Assembly (NCBI GenBank): GCA_963822445.1
Contig: CAWGHO010000002.1
Span: forward strand, 32,001-96,000
Direction of reading: 5' to 3'
Source: an uncultured Acidobacteriota bacterium
GTDB taxonomy: Bacteria > Acidobacteriota > Thermoanaerobaculia > Gp7-AA8
Length of the DNA stretch: 64,000 nucleotides
This document shows positions 7,588-15,448 of this stretch, piece by piece (the stretch's first letter is position 1; each line of letters begins with the position of its first letter). Position numbers and translations under genes: made by a program. Below the pieces are notes generated by a model, which saw only the letters and a program-made list of their open reading frames with translations, did no database searches and had not been told where the DNA came from.

Positions 7588-9673
7588 CGTGGCTCTCTTC
7601 GGCGAATGCCAGCGCGACGTTCAGCGTGTGCATGAATTCACTCACCTTGATGGGCTTGGTCAGATAGCGGAAGAAGCCCGCGTCGAGCCCGCGCTCGATG
7701 TCCCGAGGCATGGCGTTGGCGCTCAGGGCGATGACCGGAATGTGCGCCGTGGTGATGTCGTCGCGGAGAATTTTCAATGCCTCGAGACCGCCGATGCCCG
7801 GCAGGTTGATGTCCATGAGGATCACGTCGGGCAGACAGCTCTTCGCCAGATCGACGCCGAGGTTACCGTCCATTGCGCTCAGCAGGCGGATGTCGTTGCG
7901 GCGACCGATGAGCCTCTCCACGAGTTGCAGGTTGGCGGGATTGTCTTCGACATAAAGAAGGGTGCGCATGCCCTCGAGAGCCACGGTGCCTGATTCGGCG
8001 ATCGTGACCGGATCGATTTCCGCGGGAAGAACGAGGGGCGAGGTCGATGGCAGCTCGACCCAGAAAATGCTTCCTGTGCCGACCATGCTCTCCACGCCGA
8101 TGACGCCGTCCATCAGTTCGACCAGCCGCTTGCTGACCACGAGGCCGATGCCCGTCCCTTCCTCGCCTTTGGCCTCCTGGCCCAGACGATTGAACGGCTG
8201 AAAGAGCTGCATCAGTTTCTCAGGCGGTAACCCTGCTCCGGTGTCCTTGACCGTAATCCGAACGCGACCCGAAATCGAGTTTGCCGAGCAATCGACGGTG
8301 ACCGATCCACCGATCGAGTTGTATTTGATGGCGTTGGACAGCAGGTTGATCACGACCTGTTTGATGCGGGTGCGGTCGGCATTGACACAATACGCGGCGT
8401 CGCTGCGCGGAAAGCCCATGCGGATGCCGCGGCGCTGCGCGAGCGGCTCGATCATGGAGTGGCACTCCAGAAGCAGCTCATTGAGCGAGACCGGCTCGAC
8501 CGACATGGAAAGCTTTCCCGACTCGATTGTGGCCAGGTCGAGAATCTCGTTGATCAGCTCCAGCAGATACCAGCCGGCATTGAGGATCTGGATGATGCTC
8601 TCGCCTTGAGCAGGCGTCGGCGGCGGAGTGTCGGATTCCATCAACTGGGCAAAGCCGAGGATGGCATTGAGTGGCGAGCGGAGCTCGTGACTCATGCTGG
8701 AGAGGAAATCGGACTTGGCGAGATTCGCCTTCTCCGCGGCAGCCGTCGCATTCGTCAGAATTGCTTCGACCTTGTTGCGCTCGGTCAGATCACGAGTGAG
8801 CTTGGCGAAGCCGCGCAGGTCGCCGGCCTGATCGCGAATGGCAGTAAAGACGATGTTCGCCCAGAACGTCGAGCCATCCTTGCGGATGCGCCAGCCTTCA
8901 TCTTCGTGCCGGCCCTCTGCAGCCTTGTCGAGGTCGTGTTGCGGTTTGCGGGCGGCAACATCCGCGGGCGGATAGAAAACAGCGAAGTGCCGCCCTACGA
9001 TCTCTTCAGACGTGAATCCCTTGATGCGCTGGGCGCCGGTATTCCAACTGACGACGTGTCCATCCGGATCGAGCATGACGATGGCGTAATCGGAAACGCT
9101 TTCGACCATCAGCCGGAAGCTCTCCTCGGTCCAGCGCAGTTTTTCCTCGACATGTTTCCGGGCGCTGTTGTCGGTGCCGATCAGCAGATAGCCGATCACG
9201 GCCTCGCTGTCGTCGCGCAGCGCGGTAACAGAGACGATTGCCGGAAAGCGCGTCCCGTCTTTGCGGATGTAGGTCAGCTCGTAAATGTCTTCGATGCCGC
9301 GTGAAGCCTTGAAGGCCAGCGCTTCGAAACCGGGAGTGATCTGCGTTCCGAGCTCGACGCTCAGCGCCGCGGCGCGGGCGATGACTTCGAGCGGATCGGA
9401 GATGTCCGCGGGTGTGATCTGATCGATGACTTCCGACGCGGAGTAGCCGAGCATGCGCTCCGCACCGACGTTGAACAGCTGGATCACGCCTTTCTCGTCA
9501 GTGGCGATACTGGAGAAGTTCGCGCTGTTGAGAATGGCGTTCTGAAGCGCGCCGGTCTTGAGGAGCGCTTTCTTGCGCCGTACTTCAATGACCGCGATCG
9601 CTCTCGCAGCCCGCGAGGATTTCTCGCTGGGCCGCCTCGATGGTGTCGCTCGCAGCCGTCCGTGTGCAGTCAT
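7580..9673 (-). CDS. PAS-PAS hybrid sensor histidine kinase/response regulator
   Basis: Two PAS/PAC domains, H-box SHELRSPL, N/G1/G2 boxes and a C-terminal REC. Start uncertain. Confidence 0.92.
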   Translation of the reverse strand: MTAHGRLRATPSRRPSEKSSRAARAIAVIEVRRKKALLKTGALQNAILNSANFSSIATDEKGVIQLFNVGAERMLGYSASEVIDQITPADISDPLEVIARAAALSVELGTQITPGFEALAFKASRGIEDIYELTYIRKDGTRFPAIVSVTALRDDSEAVIGYLLIGTDNSARKHVEEKLRWTEESFRLMVESVSDYAIVMLDPDGHVVSWNTGAQRIKGFTSEEIVGRHFAVFYPPADVAARKPQHDLDKAAEGRHEDEGWRIRKDGSTFWANIVFTAIRDQAGDLRGFAKLTRDLTERNKVEAILTNATAAAEKANLAKSDFLSSMSHELRSPLNAILGFAQLMESDTPPPTPAQGESIIQILNAGWYLLELINEILDLATIESGKLSMSVEPVSLNELLLECHSMIEPLAQRRGIRMGFPRSDAAYCVNADRTRIKQVVINLLSNAIKYNSIGGSVTVDCSANSISGRVRITVKDTGAGLPPEKLMQLFQPFNRLGQEAKGEEGTGIGLVVSKRLVELMDGVIGVESMVGTGSIFWVELPSTSPLVLPAEIDPVTIAESGTVALEGMRTLLYVEDNPANLQLVERLIGRRNDIRLLSAMDGNLGVDLAKSCLPDVILMDINLPGIGGLEALKILRDDITTAHIPVIALSANAMPRDIERGLDAGFFRYLTKPIKVSEFMHTLNVALAFAEESHDV

Positions 9674-9870
9674 CGTTCTCTTCTTTCCGTCCTGTCGCGC
9701 GCAGCAACATCACCGGGAACGACGACGCGTACATCAGATTGTGGGGCTTGGTTCGGCCTCTTCAACTGCACGATGTACGCCGCATTGTGAATGTGGCAGT
9801 GAAGCGGCAAGGACAATGATCAAAACATCGTCAATCCGCGCATTTCCCCCATTCAATCGAGGAGAAACTC

Positions 9871-11616
9871 ATGAAAGCCGTCCTGTCGAGCCGCTCTAAT
9901 CTCACCTCCTCCAAAGCGCCGACCGGGATCACCGGGCTGGATGAAATTACCGGTGGAGGCCTTCCTCGGGGCCGCACGACGCTGCTCGTCGGAGGATCGG
10001 GATCGGGCAAAACGATCCTCGGCACTGCAGTTTCTCGTTCACGGCGCGAAAGAGTGCGATGAGGCCGGCATCTTTGTCGCGTTCGAAGAGACGCCGTCGC
10101 GAATCGTCGTCGAACGCTGAAACGTTTCGGATGGGATCTCGAGGACCTGCAGAAAAAGAACCTGTACTTCATGGACGCGCAGCCCGCGCCCGATCTCGTA
10201 CAGTCCGGAACGTTCGATCTCAGCGGTATGCTCGCCGCACTGGGCGCGAAGGTCGAAGAAATCGGCGCCACACGCATCGTCTTCGATGCTTTGGACATCA
10301 TGCTGGCGCTGCTGGTCGATCCGACCGCGCAGAGACGCGAGATTTACCGGCTCCATGCCTGGCTGCTGCAGCACGAGCTCACGGGCATCATCACCTTGAA
10401 GGCCGACAGCGACGAGACCGGCTCCGTCAAACAGCCGTTCGGCTTCATGCAGTTCATGGTCGATTGCGCGGTCATCCTCAATCACACCGTCGTGCTCGGC
10501 GTGTCCCAGCGCAACCTGCGCGTCCAGAAATACCGCGGCTCGAGCTTCGATGAAAACGAGTCGCCGTTCCTGATCGGCAAAGGCGGATTCGAAGTCGCCG
10601 TAACCCGAACCCTCGGCCGCGGCGACGCCGAAGTGACGAACGAGCGCGTATCGAGCGGCGTCGCGCGCTTGGACACCATGCTCGGTGGCGGCTATTACCG
10701 CGGTGCTAGTGTGCTCATCACCGGCTTTCCCGGAACTGCGAAAACAACGCTGAGCGGTGCTTTCGCGGAGGCTGCCTGCGCGCGCGGCGAGCGGACGATG
10801 TTCGTCAGCTTCGATTCCGATTCCAACGAAGTAATCCGCAACCTCGGCTCGGTAGGCATCCAGCTCAATCGCTTCGTCGAGGACGGGACGCTGCACATGG
10901 TTTCCGCCCGCACAATCACCGGAAGCGCGGAAACCTACCTCGTGCGCATCAAGACCCTCGCAAAAGCGCATCGCGCGCGTTGCCTGGTCGTCGATCCGGT
11001 TTCGACACTATCGAAATCCGGCAATGAACTGACGGCACACAGTGTCGCGGAACGGCTCATCGACTGGTCCAAGGCCGAAGGAATCACTCTTGTCTGTACA
11101 AGCCTGCTCGATGAGATGTCCAGTCAGTCCGAAGCCGGCTCGCCTCTGCAGATTTCGACACTGGCCGACACCTGGATTCATCTCAATTACCTGGTACAGG
11201 CCGGTGAGCGCAATCGCGGCATGTCCATCATCAAGTCCCGCGGAACGGCGCACTCCAATCAGGTGCGCGAGCTGATTCTCAGCGACGCCGGAATTACAGT
11301 CACAGACGCGTACACGGCCGGCGGCGAAGTGCTCATGGGCACAATGCGCTGGGAAAAGGAAAGCGCCGAGCGTCATGCCTGCGAAATCGCGACGGTCGAG
11401 GCAAAGCTAAGAAGCGTGAAGCTGGAAGCCGAGGAGGCAGAGCTCGAAGCGCGGGTGAAGTCGCTGCAGGTCGAACTGGCGGCCAAGCTCACGGAGAAAG
11501 CGGTCCTGGCGCGAAGTGCTGAGGTTCACGAGCAGGAGTTGCTGCTGGGACGCGACAGAATGCGCGAGTTGCGCGGCAGCGACGTCACGTCAGAGGCTCT
11601 GAGTGTGTCGCGATGA
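9871..11616 (+). CDS. kaiC: circadian clock protein KaiC homolog; three +1 indels at about 10021, 10111 and 10125
   Basis: CI Walker A GSGSGKT. Removing three single bases gives ALQFLVHG...VAFEET...FGWDL in frame with ORF 10171..11616. Also KYRGS, a CII domain, and the ST phosphosite pair in QISTLADTW. Confidence 0.88.
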
Positions 11617-11963
11617 TCCCAGAGATCTTCACGTTCCGGCTGTACGTCTCCGGTGATGCGCCGAATTCATTGCAGGCCATCGCCAACCTGACCCAGCTCT
11701 GCGAGACGCATCTTCCCGATCGTCATCTGATCGAGATCGTCGACGTGCTGCTCGATCCGAAGCGCGCGCTGACTGAAGCGATTTACATGACGCCGACGCT
11801 GGTCACCGACTCGCCCTATCCCGGCCATCGCATCGTCGGCACGCTCAGCAACACCGAGCCGATCCTGCAGATCCTCGGCCTCGGCGCCGCACAACGGCGT
11901 GTCTTCCCGGGCCTCAAAGACCGGGATTCCGCGCCGCAATTGCGGACGGTCAGCGAGACGTAG
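11613..11963 (+). CDS. kaiB: KaiB homolog
   Basis: FRLYVSG..PNSLQAIANL...IEIVDV...TPTLV...P...IVGTLS. ATGA overlap with kaiC. Confidence 0.92.
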   Translation: MIPEIFTFRLYVSGDAPNSLQAIANLTQLCETHLPDRHLIEIVDVLLDPKRALTEAIYMTPTLVTDSPYPGHRIVGTLSNTEPILQILGLGAAQRRVFPGLKDRDSAPQLRTVSET

Positions 11964-12042
11964 CGAAGAGCGGTCGTGTCATGAACGGCAGGATGGCGAT
12001 CTTGAGATTCAGCCCGATCACGCTGAAGAGATCCGCCGCAGG
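11950..12042 (-). pseudogene. C-terminal fragment of the gene whose N-terminal part lies at 13643-14050
   Basis: Manual translation gives PAADLFSVIGLNLKIAILPFMTRPLFATSR*, which matches the recalled C-terminus (ADLF...L..K.AILPF) of that conserved hypothetical family. Confidence 0.55.
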
Positions 12043-12044
12043 GA

Positions 12045-12086
12045 CGACGAGAGGCCTCCGGCGGGCCGGCCCGTGGCCGGCCCGCC
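12045..12086. repeat. left part of a REP-like palindrome interrupted by IS110 (right part at 13626-13642)
   Basis: Rejoining the flanks gives a perfect hairpin: gacgagaggcctccggcgggccggcc-cgt-ggccggcccgccggaggcctctcgtc. Confidence 0.9.
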
Positions 12087-12195
12087 TATAGCTTGTCCGG
12101 CCGTCTCTCCGCTTCTCCCTCAGCCCTCAGAGAAGTACCCGTTGGGTGGCAATCGGGAGAATCGGGTTCAGGCGGCGCGATACTGAGAAGAAGGG

Positions 12196-12338
12196 TTCGT
12201 CCCGCTACGAATTCCGCCCGTGTTCGGATCGACGAATCCCTCCGGACTTTCGAGCGGGACGAAGTGCTTTGGCCCGAAACGCATTCTCAGATGCTGTCGG
12301 AGCACGACTCGACTATAGGCCTTGCGCGCGGCCAAAGC
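12196..12338 (+). ncRNA. IS110 bridge RNA (target-binding and donor-binding loops); the true 5' end is probably nearer 12100
   Basis: Two stem/internal-loop/stem modules whose loop strands match the target flanks (CCGCCCG, CCTCCGG) and the donor junction (CTCAGATG, CTATAGG). Confidence 0.82.
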
Positions 12339-12358
12339 CAACCCGAAGGGAGGGTGTG

Positions 12359-13603
12359 ATGAGCGAGTTCGAGTTTGGGGCGTTGGTGGGACTGGATTGG
12401 GGTGACACATCGCACGAGGTGGCTCTTTGGGACGAGCAACAGCAGACGTGCACGAAAGAGCGCATCGAGCACACGCCTGCGGCTCTGCGCGCATGGATCG
12501 AAGCGCTGCAGGTGCGCTTCGGCGGGGCACCGATCGCCGTGGCCATCGAGCAGTCCCGCGGCGCGGTCTTCGACGCGCTCAGCGGCTATCCGTTCGTCAC
12601 GTTGTATCCGATCAACCCACGCAGTGCAGCCCGGTATCGTGAGGCGTTTCATCCGAGCCTTTCGAAAGACGATCCGACCGACGCGGCGTCCTTGCTCGAC
12701 CTGCTTCGTAAGCACCGCAACGAGCTGCGCCCGTTCATCGCCGACGACGCTTCTACGCGTCTGCTGCGGCTTCTGACCGAGGATCGGCGGGAGCTCGTCG
12801 ATCAGAGGACGCAACACGTCCAACGCATGACCGATCGGCTCAAGACGTACTACCCGCAGGCGCTCCGGTGGGCCGGCGCGTTGATTACGGCGCAGGCCTG
12901 TGACTACCTCGAACGCTGGCCGACGCTCGAGGCCATCCAAAGGGCTCGGCCGTCCGCGATAAGGAGGTTCTATGAGCGTTATCATCACGCGGCCGCGTGG
13001 ATCGACCAGAAGCTCGCCGAGATCCGTTCAGAGGTCGCGTTCCACGACGATCAGGTCACCACTGACGCTGCCGTGCTGCTGATCGGAAGCGAGGTTGCGC
13101 AGATCCGGGCTCTCAACGCGAGCATCGCCACGTACGACCAGAAGATCTCGGCGGCGTTCGCCGCCCACCAGGACGCGTCGATCTTCGCGAGCTTCCCTGG
13201 CGCCGGCCAACAGCTCGCGCCGCGGCTCGCCGCCGCCTTCGGGACCGATCGCAAGCGCTTCGGCAGCGCCGTCAACGTCGCCACCCGAAGCGGCATCGCC
13301 CCGGTTCTCCGCCGGAGCGGCAAAACGGCGGTCGTACACATGCGCTGGGCTTGTCCGAAGTTCCTGCGTCAGACGTTCCATGAGTACGCCCGCGTGTCGA
13401 TCGGTCAGTCCCTATGGGCTCGAGCCTTCTACAAGCAGCAACGCGCGCGCGGACACAGCCACCACGAGGCTATCCGCACGCTCGCTTACCGCTGGATCCG
13501 CGTCCTTTACGCCTGCTGGAACAATCGCACCGTCTACGACGAAGCTCTCTATCTGCGGCAGCTCGCCACCCGAGGCTCAACCCTCGCCACAGCTGCTCCC
13601 TGA
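12359..13603 (+). CDS. IS110-family transposase/recombinase (DEDD RuvC-like plus Tnp20 domain)
   Basis: GLDW, AIE, KDDPTDA, PGAG and GIAPVLRRSG (catalytic Ser). RBS GGGAGGG. Confidence 0.95.
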   Translation: MSEFEFGALVGLDWGDTSHEVALWDEQQQTCTKERIEHTPAALRAWIEALQVRFGGAPIAVAIEQSRGAVFDALSGYPFVTLYPINPRSAARYREAFHPSLSKDDPTDAASLLDLLRKHRNELRPFIADDASTRLLRLLTEDRRELVDQRTQHVQRMTDRLKTYYPQALRWAGALITAQACDYLERWPTLEAIQRARPSAIRRFYERYHHAAAWIDQKLAEIRSEVAFHDDQVTTDAAVLLIGSEVAQIRALNASIATYDQKISAAFAAHQDASIFASFPGAGQQLAPRLAAAFGTDRKRFGSAVNVATRSGIAPVLRRSGKTAVVHMRWACPKFLRQTFHEYARVSIGQSLWARAFYKQQRARGHSHHEAIRTLAYRWIRVLYACWNNRTVYDEALYLRQLATRGSTLATAAP

Positions 13604-13604
13604 C

Positions 13605-13610
13605 TTGACA
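13605..13610 (+). promoter_or_regulatory. -35 box of the IS circle-junction promoter
   Basis: TTGACA lies 17 nt (including the CC core) from TATAGC at 12087-12092 only when the two ends are joined. Confidence 0.75.
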
Positions 13611-13642
13611 GGAAGGCTCAGATGTCCGGAGGCCTCTCGTCG

Positions 13643-14050
13643 CTGAGCTGCGCGATCATCGCGCGCGCGCTCCACGACTTCCACGGTCGTCAGCGGAATC
13701 GCTCTGTGTCCGCGCGACGTCTCGCGCGATTGCCACGCCGCCTCCTGCCCCATCGTCGCCATCAGCGTGAGGCAACGAACCTCCGGTGCGAGTGGTTCGT
13801 CCCCTGCGGCCGCTCGTGCGAACGCTCGCGACTCCTGATCAAGATCGTCATACGGAACGGTCCTGAAAAACCGCACCAGCGCACATGCCGGCTTACCGGA
13901 GTCGTCAACCAACTCGTCGTAGAAAAAGTGAACGACGCGCTCCGCCGCCTCGGACACAGTCGCCGGAGGCGCGTCGTCGAACAGACCACGAACGCGCGTC
14001 CGGCAATCCATCATGTCGGTGAAACCGAACGTGCGGAGGCGATAGGGCAT
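13643..14050 (-). pseudogene. N-terminal part of a conserved hypothetical protein, truncated at the palindrome/IS110
   Basis: ACALVRFF.T.PY..L, CLTL.AT.G, W.SR..SRGH.AIPL, then MIAQL (after a 1-nt shift) running into the palindrome. Confidence 0.7.
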
Positions 14051-14081
14051 CGCGGCAAAGTTAGCACGCCGCCAACCTGCG

Positions 14082-15317
14082 TCACTCGATGTACGCGAAC
14101 CCGATCCGCAGCGCTCCCCGGCTGTACCGCCTCATCCACGACGCCGAGGCCTCGTACGAAGTGTCAGTGATGTCAGAGAACCTCTCGCGGTCCCGCCCGT
14201 CGGCCTGGCGCAACACCACGCCGCCCTTCAGCTCGACGTACGAGCCGCGGATCTTTCTCGTGTATCCGCCCTGGATCAGCTCGAAGGAAGGCTCCCAGCG
14301 CAGGTCGCCGGAAAGGTTGTCCGGATTCTGCCGCGAGTGAACGCGCGCCCATCCCGCCACGAGCTCCGTCGAAAACGAGCTCGCGTCGGAGATCTGCCAA
14401 TGCCGCTCGGCAGACACGTCGAGTCCGTGGGCGGTGGAGTGGCGGGCGATGGTCGTGAATGGCTGGCCGGGGCGGCCGGTGAAGGACGTCTGCTCGCCCA
14501 TCCAGACGAACGGCTCGACCTTCACGAACGTCCCTCGCATCGGCGTGTACGGCTCGTTGGTCGTGTCGAACGTCCAGGACGCGGACAGCATCCGTTCGGT
14601 ATGAAGATCGCGCAAAGGTGTGCCGCCGATGCGGACCGTGCCTTTGACGAAGGTCGTGTCCTCGATTTCGAGCCGCAGCGTCTGATTGGCCGTCACCGGC
14701 AGGCCTACGACGACCTCCGGCGAGAACGTCTTCTCTTCCAGCGAATCGACCGGGCTGCGCACGATCACCGTCGCGAAAACCGGCGTGCCCACGATCTGGT
14801 GACGGGTGTAGCCGAGCTCCCACGCGGAGTAGTTCTTGCGAAACGGATGGCGATTGCGAAGCACGGTCATGCCGAAGTGGGCCAGGCCGCCGTCGCCGAA
14901 CAGCCACCGCACACCAGCGGCCGCATGCTTCCAGTCCGAGGTGGGATCGGGGAACTCGTAGTCGAGCATGTCCACCGGCTGGTTTACCTGGCCGAAACGG
15001 CCGTCGAGGAGAAACCAGAACCGATCGTTCTCCCGGACGCTGATGACCACGACCCGGCGTGTATCGTCCGATCCCGGCTCGAGCGCGTAGCCGGCAGTGA
15101 AGACGGAGGGCGATCGCATCAGCCGGCGCACTCCGGCCCGCACATCCTCTTCCGAGACCTCGCTTCCTTCGCGGAGCAGCGTCTCCGCGGCCAGGAACTG
15201 CGCGTCGACGCGCTGCGCGTTGCGGATCTCGACGCGCTCGATCGTGAATCGCTCCTGGGAACGGGCGGAAAGCGCACACGTGATCAAACAGACAGCAATC
15301 AGAATTCGCCGGATCAT
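14082..15317 (-). CDS. exported protein with one POTRA-like domain and a probable beta-barrel (BamA/TamA-like)
   Basis: Signal peptide, IERVEIRN...LLREG...DVRAGVRRL (POTRA pattern) and amphipathic beta-strands ending IGFAYIE. Confidence 0.6.
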   Translation of the reverse strand: MIRRILIAVCLITCALSARSQERFTIERVEIRNAQRVDAQFLAAETLLREGSEVSEEDVRAGVRRLMRSPSVFTAGYALEPGSDDTRRVVVISVRENDRFWFLLDGRFGQVNQPVDMLDYEFPDPTSDWKHAAAGVRWLFGDGGLAHFGMTVLRNRHPFRKNYSAWELGYTRHQIVGTPVFATVIVRSPVDSLEEKTFSPEVVVGLPVTANQTLRLEIEDTTFVKGTVRIGGTPLRDLHTERMLSASWTFDTTNEPYTPMRGTFVKVEPFVWMGEQTSFTGRPGQPFTTIARHSTAHGLDVSAERHWQISDASSFSTELVAGWARVHSRQNPDNLSGDLRWEPSFELIQGGYTRKIRGSYVELKGGVVLRQADGRDRERFSDITDTSYEASASWMRRYSRGALRIGFAYIE

Positions 15318-15448
15318 GACTCCTCCTGGCTCGTTCGGAGGCGCGTGCTATGCCAGCGCAGAGAGTCGTGCGTCAGAGAGGAACGAGCCGGTTCGGCGGC
15401 GCGACCGTCAACGAATCCATACACCTGTGTCGAGATTTGCCGACGGTC

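Larger units (their letters stand above)
12087..13627 (+). mobile_element. complete IS110-family element with CC core dinucleotide
   Basis: CC occurs at both 12085-12086 and 13626-13627. Removing the element restores the palindrome. It has a long non-coding left end and a short right end carrying TTGACA. Confidence 0.9.

Noticed and set aside
12146-12358. N-terminal extension of the IS110 ORF
   Set aside because: The region is better explained as the non-coding bridge RNA. An RBS and the DEDD domain start at ATG 12359.
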